Part shown: piece by piece, positions 20,599 to 29,531 of the stretch
How the letters are laid out: every line of letters begins with the position of its first letter
Position numbering within the stretch: the stretch's first letter is position 1
Origin: Gemmatimonadota bacterium
GTDB lineage: Bacteria; Gemmatimonadota; Gemmatimonadetes; Palauibacterales; Palauibacteraceae
Length of the DNA stretch: 64,000 nt
Direction: 5' to 3'
NCBI GenBank assembly: GCA_963666735.1
Contig: OY762926.1
Location: 1,696,001-1,760,000 of the forward strand
The notes under the pieces: model-generated
Seen by the model: only the letters and a program-made list of their open reading frames with translations
Database searches by the model: none
Told to the model about the DNA's origin: nothing
Position numbers and translations under genes: made by a program

Positions 20599-21641
20599 TA
20601 GCCGCGTGCCTTGTCCACCCGGTTTTCGAGGGGCTCGCCGCGCCGGTAGCGGGCGACGTTGCGCACGATCAGGTCCGTCTCGCGCTCCCAGAAGTGCGCC
20701 GACGTGCCGCCCACGTGCGGCGTAATGAGGACGTTCTCCAGCCGCCACAGCGGGTGGTCGGCCGGGAGCGGCTCGGTCTCGAACACGTCCAGCATCGCGC
20801 CGCGCAGGCGCCGGGTTTCCAGCGCCCGCACGAGCGCCGCCTCATCGACGAGGGTGCCGCGGGCGAGGTTGATGAGCACGGCGCCCGGCTTCATGCGGGC
20901 GAGTTCCTGCGCGCCGAGGAGGCCCTCCGTCTCCGGCGTCTCGGGGGCCGTGAGGGCGACGAAGTCCGAAGACCCGAGGAGTTCCGGCAGATGGCCGGGG
21001 CCCTCGAGGCGGTCGAGCTCGGGGGGCTTTGGGCCGGGGCGGCGGCGAATGGCCTGAACTCGCATGCCGAAGGCGTGCGCGCGGCGGCCGAGCGCCGATC
21101 CGATGCCGCCGTAGCCGACGATGCCGAGCGAGGCTCCGGCCACCTCGCCGGCCGCGGGCGCGGCATGCAGGGGACTGCGGGGCGAGTTCAGCGCGGACTG
21201 GACCCACTCGCGCTCCCGCTGCGCCCGCACCGCGATGTCCAGGCCGCGGACGAAATACAGGATGCCGGCCATGGCGTGGTCCGCCAGCGAGTCCGCGTAC
21301 ATGCCCGCCGAGTTCGTGAAGATGACGTCGCTCTCCCGCATCTCCTCGAAGAGCGAGTTCCGCGCCCCCGCCGCGCCCGAGTGGAACCAGCGCAGCCCGC
21401 GCGCGGCGAGGAAGACGTCGCGGCGGATCCCCCACCCGCAGTAGACCTCGGCGTCGGCCACCGCTTCCAGAAGCTCCGGCGGCGTCACGCGCACGCCATC
21501 TCCCGTCGCCTCGAGCGCGACGCGGACCGGCTCGATCTCCCACTCCGGGTCCAGCGCGTCGCGGATCCGTTCGAACGACGACTCCGGCATCGACCAGTGG
21601 GGAGTCTCCGGCGCGTACATCCAGATCACGAAGCGGCGCAA
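20595..21641 (-). CDS. D-2-hydroxyacid dehydrogenase
   Basis: GIVGYGGIG, LINLARG, LDVFETEPLP, ITPHVGG. Confidence 0.92.
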   Translation of the reverse strand: MRRFVIWMYAPETPHWSMPESSFERIRDALDPEWEIEPVRVALEATGDGVRVTPPELLEAVADAEVYCGWGIRRDVFLAARGLRWFHSGAAGARNSLFEEMRESDVIFTNSAGMYADSLADHAMAGILYFVRGLDIAVRAQREREWVQSALNSPRSPLHAAPAAGEVAGASLGIVGYGGIGSALGRRAHAFGMRVQAIRRRPGPKPPELDRLEGPGHLPELLGSSDFVALTAPETPETEGLLGAQELARMKPGAVLINLARGTLVDEAALVRALETRRLRGAMLDVFETEPLPADHPLWRLENVLITPHVGGTSAHFWERETDLIVRNVARYRRGEPLENRVDKARGY

Positions 21642-21663
21642 GGCGACTCCCGGCGCTCCCGGC

Positions 21664-22749
21664 TCAGCTCGCGGACAGGTGGGGGAGGTCGGCGTCCAGC
21701 GTGCGCGGGCCGACGCCCATCCGCTCGCGCACGACTTCCATCGTGCGGGCGGCCTCGGCGCGGGCGCGCTCCGCGCCGGCCGCGAGGATCTCGATCACCC
21801 GCTCCGGGTGCGCCCGCAGTTCCGCCGCCCGTTCGCGCACCGGGGCGAGATCCTCCGCCACGTTGTCCGCGAGTTGCCGCTTGCAGGCGACGCAGCCGAT
21901 GCCCGCCGTCTGGCAGAGGATCTCGATCTCCTCGCGCTCCGCCGGGTCCGTGAAGAACTCGTGCAGCGCAAAGACGTTGCACACGTGCGGGTTGCCGGGA
22001 TCGTCCTTCCGCACCCGCGCCGGGTCCGTGACCGCCGTGCGCAGCCGCGCCCACAGTTCGTCCGGCTCGGCGACCATGCGCACCGTGTTGTCCTTCGACT
22101 TCGACATCTTCGCCACGCCGTCGAGCCCACGGACGCGAGCCCCCGTCCCCACGAGCGTCTCCGGTTCCGGGAAGAAGTCGCCGAAGCGCGCGTTCCAGCG
22201 CCGCGCGACCCCCCGCGACAGTTCCAGGTGCTGGCGCTGGTCCTCTCCCACCGGCACGAAGTGGGCCCGGTACAGGAGGATGTCGGCCGCCTGCAGCACC
22301 GGATAGTTGAGGAGACCCGCGTTCACCGACTCCCGCCCCTGGGACTTCTCCTTGAACTGCGTCATCCGTCCCAGATCGCCCACCGGCGTGACCGTGTTGA
22401 ACAGCCACTGGAGTTCGCTGTGGCAGGGGACGTGCGACTGCGCGAACAGCGTGCAGCGTTCCGGGTCGATCCCGGAGGCCACGAGCGACACGGTGAGATC
22501 GAACACGCGGCGCAGCAGGTCCTCGCGCTCGTACTCGCGGGTGATCGCGTGCAGGTCAACGATGCAGTAGAAGCACTCGTACTCGTCGACCATCGCCGCC
22601 CAGCGCCGGAACACCCCGAGATAGTTCCCGAGATGTGCGTGGCCCGTGGGCTGGATGCCGCTGAAGACGCGCTTGCGCGGACCCGGGGGAGCGTCGTCAC
22701 CCGCAGGGGTCCGGGGGCTCGGGGCGGTGTTGGGATTCGCGGTGCTCAT
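21664..22749 (-). CDS. trpS: Tryptophan--tRNA ligase
   Basis: FSGIQPTG, HLGNY, YPVLQAADIL, VPVGEDQ, KMSKS. Confidence 0.97.
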   Translation of the reverse strand: MSTANPNTAPSPRTPAGDDAPPGPRKRVFSGIQPTGHAHLGNYLGVFRRWAAMVDEYECFYCIVDLHAITREYEREDLLRRVFDLTVSLVASGIDPERCTLFAQSHVPCHSELQWLFNTVTPVGDLGRMTQFKEKSQGRESVNAGLLNYPVLQAADILLYRAHFVPVGEDQRQHLELSRGVARRWNARFGDFFPEPETLVGTGARVRGLDGVAKMSKSKDNTVRMVAEPDELWARLRTAVTDPARVRKDDPGNPHVCNVFALHEFFTDPAEREEIEILCQTAGIGCVACKRQLADNVAEDLAPVRERAAELRAHPERVIEILAAGAERARAEAARTMEVVRERMGVGPRTLDADLPHLSAS

Positions 22750-23207
22750 GGTGCGCTCGAGTCGGCCGTACGATTGATCCCTTCCTCGACCCCATCGGCT
22801 ACAAGATCGACGACCCCCTCGCTGATCCGAGACTCGTTCCCACCGCGAAACGGCTTGAGTGCGCGATGGATGGCGGCCGTGAGCGTCATCCACGCGAGAA
22901 AAATCCCGGCCAGCGTAACCTCTTGCCCATCGTTAGGTAGCCCATCGAAAGAAAGTACGATGCGATAAGCCACCAGCAGGGTTAGGAGTAGCCAGATCCC
23001 CCCCGCACCCCACGATACCCAGCTACGAGCGAAACGAAAACGCTCCTTCCATTCCCGGTAGTACTCAAGGGATGACCGGGTTTTTTCGACCGCCTTCTCC
23101 GCCTTCCTCTTCCGCGCATCAACCACTCCCGCAGCCTCTTCACCCCTGCGTATGGCTGGTGCGGGCGTAGCTGGTGGGGGAAGTGGAGAGCGAGGTTGCT
23201 TACTCAG
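22746..23207 (-). CDS. Hypothetical two-TM membrane protein downstream of the Panacea gene (start uncertain)
   Basis: Open frame with a basic helix and two hydrophobic segments; overlaps the Panacea stop and the trpS start; lower GC. Confidence 0.55.
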   Translation of the reverse strand: MSKQPRSPLPPPATPAPAIRRGEEAAGVVDARKRKAEKAVEKTRSSLEYYREWKERFRFARSWVSWGAGGIWLLLTLLVAYRIVLSFDGLPNDGQEVTLAGIFLAWMTLTAAIHRALKPFRGGNESRISEGVVDLVADGVEEGINRTADSSAP

Positions 23208-23763
23208 CGGTAATGCTCCGGATCGCCTTGTATTCTTCGTACTCGTCCGCACCCATCCATTCTTGCAGTAGGGAATGGAAATGCGTTGCAATGATTGAGT
23301 GTCTGATAACCGACCCCGGCGTCTTCCTCTGCGTTTCCGTCCAAGGCGTCCCGGGGCCATGCGTGCGGCCCACCAGTTTCCAAGCGGGATCGGTACCGTA
23401 GAGATCCCATGCCAGGCCGAGAACTTCGTGGGTGCGGGCATCGTTGGGCGGAACCACGGGGATTCGCCTTTCGCCCGTCTTCACGTCGAACTCGAACGAC
23501 CGGCCATCCTTGATCGGCTTGTCACCGAACGGCTTGAACTCGTGCCACAGGTCCGGGATCACCGGACCATCCTCCCAAGCCTCGATTCTTGAGTTGAAGA
23601 GGGGAACCTGGAAGTACGTCGTGGCCCAGCCGTAGGCCATGTACACGAGCTTCTGGAGCTTGAGGTGGGTTACCGAGACATGCTTGCTCGTTCCCTGATC
23701 GAGCATGTAGTTGGCGATGGCCCCGACAGGATAGGGAGGGCCGTCAGCCCGCTTCTCGTCCAT
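23200..23763 (-). CDS. Panacea (DUF4065/SocA/GepA-like) antitoxin-domain protein
   Basis: IANY, THLKLQKLVYMAYGW, IEAWEDGPV, THGPGTPW. Confidence 0.9.
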   Translation of the reverse strand: MDEKRADGPPYPVGAIANYMLDQGTSKHVSVTHLKLQKLVYMAYGWATTYFQVPLFNSRIEAWEDGPVIPDLWHEFKPFGDKPIKDGRSFEFDVKTGERRIPVVPPNDARTHEVLGLAWDLYGTDPAWKLVGRTHGPGTPWTETQRKTPGSVIRHSIIATHFHSLLQEWMGADEYEEYKAIRSITAE

Positions 23764-23798
23764 CGCACCCCTCGGCTGTTTTGGGAACCTCCCGATGG

Positions 23799-23829
23799 CA
23801 TCGTATTCGACGATACCCTGGCGCGGCAA
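23799..23829 (-). promoter_or_regulatory. Putative promoter of the Panacea module with overlapping inverted repeat
   Basis: Minus strand TTGCCG-N18-TACGAT; ATCGT-N5-ACGAT inverted repeat at 23800-23814 overlaps the -10. Confidence 0.4.
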
Positions 23830-23903
23830 GTTTCGTTCACGGTTTTTTCTTGAAATCTGGAGTTTTCCGGCTTTCAAGGACGAGTGGAGTCCACGGCCCC
23901 GGG

Positions 23904-24362
23904 CTATGGCGCGCCGACGCCCGGCGTCTCGCGGGCGCGGATCAGATCGCCCAATGCCCGAATCTCCCCGCGAAGACCGGCCACGCTCTCGCGCAGTTCC
24001 ACGCGAAGGGCCGTGACGTCCTCGCGGAGCGCCGTGACATCCTCGCGGAGTTCCGTGACGTCCTCGCGGAGTTCCGCGACCTGTACCTCGAGGCGGGACA
24101 CGCGGGTGACGAGCGCTACCTGCGTCTCGCGAAGGGTTGTGGTCTCGTCCCACAGGAGCGTGAAGACGCCCGTCAGGACGGTGAGGGCGATGCTGAGCGA
24201 GAGGCCAAGATTCCAGCGAGTGATGGTGATCCCGTCCGCTGCGCGGTACCCGTCCGCACGCGACGGCCGGCCGGTGGCCGTTCCGGGCCTTCCGGCGGCG
24301 GTCGGAGACTCCTTCGCGTCTGTCTTCGATTCGGACATGGTACCGGACATTGAACCGGACAT
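23904..24362 (-). CDS. Small TM + coiled-coil protein with 21-bp tandem repeats
   Basis: Hydrophobic segment followed by ELREDVT/ELREDVT/ALREDVT heptads. Confidence 0.65.
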   Translation of the reverse strand: MSGSMSGTMSESKTDAKESPTAAGRPGTATGRPSRADGYRAADGITITRWNLGLSLSIALTVLTGVFTLLWDETTTLRETQVALVTRVSRLEVQVAELREDVTELREDVTALREDVTALRVELRESVAGLRGEIRALGDLIRARETPGVGAP

Positions 24363-24534
24363 TGCAGATCCCTGGGACGATGTGAACGTAACCCATCGGC
24401 GTGCCGCGCGGAAACTTACGGCGCCACCACTGACCGAATGATCGCAGCGGCTCTCAACGCACGATCAACGGCGGCGAGTCAGGCGGCGGGGGATCCGGCC
24501 GATGGTCAGCGCGGGTGCGGAAGCGGCCGACGGG

Positions 24535-25656
24535 TCAGACGGGGGCGGCGTGGGCCTCGCGGGCGTGGAGGATGGCCTCGGCGAGGGGGTCGGGGCCGAA
24601 GCGGATGGGGTCGGTGGCGGGGAGGCCAGTGACCTTGCGCGCGTGCTCGACCGCGCCGGCGGCTTTCCTCTCGGAGATGTCGTAGGTCGCCAGGGAGACC
24701 CCGATCACGCGGCCGGGGACTTCGGGGCAGGCCCAGGCGAGCGCGTCTTCGTAGCGGCGGATCACCTCGTCCAGTTCCGGGAGCACGACCCAACTGTGGT
24801 TGCCGCCGTAGATGCGGGGGCGGCTCGGCATCCACGTGAGGATCATCGCGTGCGGCAGCGTGCCGTGGAGGAGGCCGTGCGTGACGCCGGAGTAGCCGGG
24901 GTGCATGAGCGACCCCTGGCCCTCGACGAGGACGATGTCGACGCCCTCGCCGTCCCCGCCGCGTGCCGCCTCGAGCGTGACGCGTTCGGCGGCGCCGGAG
25001 ATGAAGTCCGACACCACCGCATCGACGGCGATGCCCGTGCCGGCGATGAGGATGCCCGTCTGGCCCGTGGCGGCGAAGCCGGCGCGCACGCCGCGGGCCC
25101 GCAGGGCGCGCTGCAACTCGAGCGAGACCGTCATCTTGCCCGTGTTGCAGTCCGTGCCGACCGTGAGCACCCGAAACGCGCCGGTCCCCATGGCCCGGCC
25201 CGCGCCCACCGGCAGGTCGGGGGGCGGTTTGCGGAGGTCGGACAGCGTACATCCGCGCCGCTCCGCCAGCGCCGCAAGCTCGGGATCGTCGCAGAGGAAG
25301 AAGTGCAGGCCGCTGATGATGTCGAGTCCCGCCTCGAGCGCGGCCGTGAGCACGGCCCGCCACGCCTCGGGGAGTTGTCCTCCCTGCGGCGCGATCCCCA
25401 CGAGGAGGGCTTCAGGGCGGGGTTCCGTCGCGAGCGCCTCGGCGAAGGTCGCGACGATGGGGATGTCGCCGCCGAAGCCCAGCGTCTCCCCCACCGTGCG
25501 GCCGGCGAAACGGGAGTCGATGACGGAACTCACCCGCTCCGGCTGGTAGCGCACGGCCGACGAGGCGGTCTTCGCCGTCTCGACGCCGAAGGCCCCCTCC
25601 GCGAGGATCGCGAGCCGGGAGGAGGAAAGCCGCTTCCGCCCCGGGCCCGGGCTCAT
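24535..25656 (-). CDS. DUF1611 family P-loop protein
   Basis: VGIAPQGG, ISGLH, VGTDCNTGKMT, ATGQTGI, VEGQGSL.HP. Confidence 0.9.
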   Translation of the reverse strand: MSPGPGRKRLSSSRLAILAEGAFGVETAKTASSAVRYQPERVSSVIDSRFAGRTVGETLGFGGDIPIVATFAEALATEPRPEALLVGIAPQGGQLPEAWRAVLTAALEAGLDIISGLHFFLCDDPELAALAERRGCTLSDLRKPPPDLPVGAGRAMGTGAFRVLTVGTDCNTGKMTVSLELQRALRARGVRAGFAATGQTGILIAGTGIAVDAVVSDFISGAAERVTLEAARGGDGEGVDIVLVEGQGSLMHPGYSGVTHGLLHGTLPHAMILTWMPSRPRIYGGNHSWVVLPELDEVIRRYEDALAWACPEVPGRVIGVSLATYDISERKAAGAVEHARKVTGLPATDPIRFGPDPLAEAILHAREAHAAPV

Positions 25657-26543
25657 TCGCTCTCGGCCCGCTCCGTCTCGCCGGACTCGCCCAGCAGCTC
25701 GAGGAGTTCGGCCTCGGGAATCTCTTCCGCGCCGGCGGCGTCGGCGGTCGCGGCGGCGTCACCGGCTGCGTCCGCGTCCGATCCGGCGCCCGGCCCGGCA
25801 CCCGCGTCCGATCCGGCGCCCGCGCCGGAGCCGAGCGCCTTCACCTCCTCGGGTTCGCCGGAGGGGAGCAGGCCCATCGAGGCCTTCATCTCCAGCAGCC
25901 TGTCCTCGACGGCGGCGTCGCCGCCCGCCTCCAGCGCCGCGAACTCGCTGAGGAGGGTGTCGCCGGTGAGCTCCTCGGTGACCTCCGCGCTCGCGAGCGC
26001 CTGGCGCTCCGCCTGCTCGATCTTCTCCGTCATCTGATCGAAGGCGCGGAAGGCGCTCTTGTCGTGCAGCCCCTGCATCGTGTCGTGGATGCGCTTCTGG
26101 GCCTCCGCGCGCTTCTGCTTCGCGATGAGGAGGTTCTTCTTGCGCTTCGCCTCCTCGATCTTCGCGTTCAGCTGGCGCAGCGAATCCTTGAGCTTCTCCG
26201 TCTCGTTGCGGTGGTTCTGCCACTGCGTCTCCAGCTCGCTCGCGTGCTGGGCGTGTTCCTGCCCGCGCACGAGCGCCTGGCGCGCGAGGTCGTCGCGGCC
26301 CTCCCGAATCGCGAGCCGCGCCCTCCGCTCCCACTCCAGCGCGGTCGAGCGCGACTCCTCGAACTGCGCGCGCAGCTTGCGTTCGTCCGCGATGGCGACC
26401 GCCACCTCCTGCTTCGCCTGGGCGAGCTGGCGGCGCATGTCCTCGATGATGGTCGTAAGCATCTTCTCGGGGTTTTCGGCCCGAGCGATGAGGTCGTTGA
26501 GGTTCGATCGAATCAGCCTTGAAAGACGGTCCAGGACACCCAT
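25653..26543 (-). CDS. pspA: PspA/IM30 family protein
   Basis: RLIRSNLN...AENPEKML N-terminus, long coiled coil, AFDQMTEKI, acidic tail. Confidence 0.9.
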   Translation of the reverse strand: MGVLDRLSRLIRSNLNDLIARAENPEKMLTTIIEDMRRQLAQAKQEVAVAIADERKLRAQFEESRSTALEWERRARLAIREGRDDLARQALVRGQEHAQHASELETQWQNHRNETEKLKDSLRQLNAKIEEAKRKKNLLIAKQKRAEAQKRIHDTMQGLHDKSAFRAFDQMTEKIEQAERQALASAEVTEELTGDTLLSEFAALEAGGDAAVEDRLLEMKASMGLLPSGEPEEVKALGSGAGAGSDAGAGPGAGSDADAAGDAAATADAAGAEEIPEAELLELLGESGETERAESE

Positions 26544-26586
26544 GGTGTATGCTCGTTTCCTGTGCTTGCTCTTCGGTCGGTCGAAA

Positions 26587-26991
26587 TCAGTTGGTCGACA
26601 TGTCGGCGGTAAGGCTGTCCCAATGGGAGGTCAGCGCGAGCGTGAGGCTCTCGAGCGTGGCGCGGAACTCCGAGAAGTCGAGGTTCTCCAGCTCCAGCGT
26701 GTCGCTCAGGATCACCTCTCCGTCCTCGAGGCCGTAGGCCCCGTGGATGAGGTCCACCGCGTTCAGCTCCAAGAGCTTCCGGTAGAGCGCGAGCTGGTCC
26801 TCGTCGTCGACCGGAAGGTCGCGGATGTCCGCGCGGCACACGAGTACCGGCGGCTGGTAGTTCACCAGGATCCTCGGCTGCCGCTCCGCCCTCTCGCCCT
26901 CCGGGTGGACGATCCACAGTCCTTCGTCGAGTTCCTCGAAAGCCGCATCGGTGCGGATGAGGAAGCTCTCTATGTCTTCCCTGTTCAGCAT
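26587..26991 (-). CDS. YbjN/CesT-like chaperone-fold protein
   Basis: LYRKLLELNA.DLIHGAYGL, DTLELENLD..EF; directly upstream of pspA. Confidence 0.7.
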   Translation of the reverse strand: MLNREDIESFLIRTDAAFEELDEGLWIVHPEGERAERQPRILVNYQPPVLVCRADIRDLPVDDEDQLALYRKLLELNAVDLIHGAYGLEDGEVILSDTLELENLDFSEFRATLESLTLALTSHWDSLTADMSTN

Positions 26992-27284
26992 CAGTTCGGT
27001 CCCCGCAGTCGTGAATCGGGTCGCCCTTCCGGGCGAGACTCGTCCGATGGCGCCCGGCTCGCGGGCGCGGCGCCCTCGAGGAGGCGGGTCATGAAGCGCT
27101 GCTCTTCGGTCAACCGGTCCACCTGGCTCGCCAGCAGCGCGACGTGCTCACCCAGACGCTCGATCTCCGCGTCCCGGCCCGGTTCCACCGGCGTCGGCGG
27201 CGGGCGGGCCGAGACCCGCTTCGAGGCCACCTCCCCGAACGTGACGAGCGCCACGATAATGATGATGAAGACGAAGACGCTCAT
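26991..27284 (-). CDS. Small membrane protein with coiled coil (PspB-like architecture)
   Basis: MSVFVFIIIIVALV TM segment, VDRLTEEQRFMTRLLE; 1-nt overlap with the next gene. Confidence 0.6.
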   Translation of the reverse strand: MSVFVFIIIIVALVTFGEVASKRVSARPPPTPVEPGRDAEIERLGEHVALLASQVDRLTEEQRFMTRLLEGAAPASRAPSDESRPEGRPDSRLRGPN

Positions 27285-27594
27285 CGCCGTCCTTGCCGCC
27301 GTCCTGCCGCCGTCGTTGCCGAAACCGGTACTTCCCGGGACCGGCCGCCATCGGTGAAACGAACCTACGAGGCGCCGCGAGCCGGAGTTTCCCCGCGGGC
27401 GGCTCGCGCGAACCGCTGGCGGCGGGCCATGATAACGCCGGGACACACGCGACGGAACCCGCGAATCTGGTACACGAAGGCGGCGACCGCCCGGGTCGTG
27501 CTTCAGCGCATCCGCTCGGTGGTGCCCGACTTTGGTGCGGAGACCGGAGGGGCTACCTTCGGAAGGGACGCGATACGGAGAGGAGAGTGCTGCG

Positions 27595-27804
27595 GTGAAC
27601 TGGGATTCGGTCCTGCCCATGATGACGGTCTTCGCCATGCTGGTGGGTTCCGTCTGGACGATGACGAAGCTCTTCGCGCAACCGCTCGAGCGGCACCTCA
27701 ACCAGTTGGATCGGCGAATCGATCGGCTGGAGGGCAGAATGAACGAGGGGTTCGCCCAGATCCGTGAGGATATCCGCGCCCTGGGTACGCCCCCCGCTCC
27801 CTGA
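27595..27804 (+). CDS. Small TM + coiled-coil protein
   Basis: GTG start after AGGAG; TM segment then LNQLDRRIDRLEGRMNEGFAQIREDIRALG. Confidence 0.55.
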   Translation: MNWDSVLPMMTVFAMLVGSVWTMTKLFAQPLERHLNQLDRRIDRLEGRMNEGFAQIREDIRALGTPPAP

Positions 27805-27837
27805 ACTCTCCCGGGCCCGGGATGGCCTGACCGCCGA

Positions 27838-29427
27838 TCAGGCGCCCCACACGGTGATGGGTGTGCCGTCTTGCTGCCGCTCCTCCCGGTAGATCTTCTC
27901 CGCCCAGGTTCTGCCCTCGCGCATGTCGAAGACGACGAGGTGGCCGGCGTCCGCGGCGGAGAGATCCATGTAGGCGGCCGTCTGTTCGAGTCCCCGCTCG
28001 ACGGTCCGCGCCTGTGAGCGGCCGTCCTTCAGCAGTTTGCACTCGACCACGAACCGGCCGGGGCGCCCCTGTCCGCCGGGCCAGACGACCAGCAGGTCCA
28101 CGCGGCGGCTCCCCAGCGCGTACTCCCGCTCGATCCGTCCCCTCCCGTTCACCACCCGGTGCAGGAACGCCTGCAGCACCAGCTGCGGGCCCACCTCCGT
28201 GTAGCGTGCCCGCTGGACCCAGTGTTCCGAGTTCCGCCGGAAGAAGTCCTGGAAGGCGGCCAGCAGCCCGTCCATGTCCAGGCCGCCGTCCGAGTCCACG
28301 TACCACGCCGGTTGCGGCTCCGGCATCCGGTGCTGGAGCATCCAGGTCAGTTCCCGGGGCAGAACCTCGCCGTAGATGGGGTTGGCGACACGAAGCGGCG
28401 GGCCCGGCGCCACGAGTCCCAGATCGCGCACGTACTCGAAATCCCTGTCCGAGTACGCCTCGTCTCCGCCGCTCAGGAGCGGCTCGATCACCCGGCGCAC
28501 ACGCGGCTCCCGCAGCTTGTCGGCCAGTTGGTCCAGGTGCGTCTCGCGGCGCAGGATCAGCGCCTCCCGCGCCTCGAACACATCCCGCTCGGAGATGGGA
28601 CGGTCACGCGGCCGGAGCGCTCCGGCGGAGAAACACGTCTCCTGCGCGAGCGCGTTGACGAGCCACGGCTGCCCGCGGGTCTGCTCCCACACCGCGTCCA
28701 GCGCCCCCGGCGAGAACTCCTGGTCCGTCTCCTCCGTGTGCTGCCCCAGCAGGGATTCGACCTCGGCGCGTGTGAAGTCCCCCAGGCGGAGCGACCGGGT
28801 CTTGATGTTGAAGGCGCTGCCCCCGGCGATCACCTCCCTCTCTGAACTCGCGTGAATCCGGTAGTCGCGCACGTCCCGAACGCCGCACAGCACCACGCTC
28901 TGGGGGAACCCGGCCGGGCGGTGGGCGTAGCCGGCGCGCAACTGGCGCAGCGCCGACACCAGCGTGTCGCCCACCAGGGCGTCGATCTCGTCGATCAGTA
29001 CGACCAGCGGCGAATCGGCGGCGCGCGCCCAGGTTTCCAGCAACATGCCCAGCGCGGCGTCGGGACGCCGGGTCGTGTCGAGCCGGTCCGCCGCCTCGGC
29101 CGTGGCCGGGTCGTTCAGCGTGTTCCTTGCCTCCCGCGCGATCTCGGAGGCGATCGCCCCCATCCCCCGCCCCACGTCCTCGCGGGCGGTCTGCGCCGGC
29201 TCGACGTTGAGGTACGCGCAACGGTACTCCCCCGCGGCGCCGTCGTTCAGCAGGTCGCGCAGCGCCAGCAGCGCGGTCGTCTTCCCGGTCTGCCGGGGGG
29301 CGTGCAGCACGAAGTACCGCTCGGCGCGGATGAGATGCAGGAGTTCGGCGGCGTTCAGGCGGTCGAGCGGCGGAACGCAGTAATGCAGGCGGGGGCGAAC
29401 CGGGCCGGCCGTGTTGAAGTCTCGCAT
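27838..29427 (-). CDS. P-loop ATPase with C-terminal PD-(D/E)XK nuclease-like domain, copy 1
   Basis: FNTAGP start, Walker A APRQTGKT, Walker B LIDEID, REYALGSRRVDLL...VVECK. Confidence 0.85.
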   Translation of the reverse strand: MRDFNTAGPVRPRLHYCVPPLDRLNAAELLHLIRAERYFVLHAPRQTGKTTALLALRDLLNDGAAGEYRCAYLNVEPAQTAREDVGRGMGAIASEIAREARNTLNDPATAEAADRLDTTRRPDAALGMLLETWARAADSPLVVLIDEIDALVGDTLVSALRQLRAGYAHRPAGFPQSVVLCGVRDVRDYRIHASSEREVIAGGSAFNIKTRSLRLGDFTRAEVESLLGQHTEETDQEFSPGALDAVWEQTRGQPWLVNALAQETCFSAGALRPRDRPISERDVFEAREALILRRETHLDQLADKLREPRVRRVIEPLLSGGDEAYSDRDFEYVRDLGLVAPGPPLRVANPIYGEVLPRELTWMLQHRMPEPQPAWYVDSDGGLDMDGLLAAFQDFFRRNSEHWVQRARYTEVGPQLVLQAFLHRVVNGRGRIEREYALGSRRVDLLVVWPGGQGRPGRFVVECKLLKDGRSQARTVERGLEQTAAYMDLSAADAGHLVVFDMREGRTWAEKIYREERQQDGTPITVWGA

Positions 29428-29531
29428 GGCCGAAAGCTGGCCCCGCCCCGGCGGGGACGCAATCAGCCCGGACCCCGGGAATGTCGACAGCGACGCGCAA
29501 CGTCAGGGACTTCGACGACTCTCGCGTACCG
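29428..29531. repeat. 104-bp spacer duplicated at 36827-36930
   Basis: Sequence GCCGAAAGCTGG...CGCGTACCG matches in both places. Confidence 0.9.
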
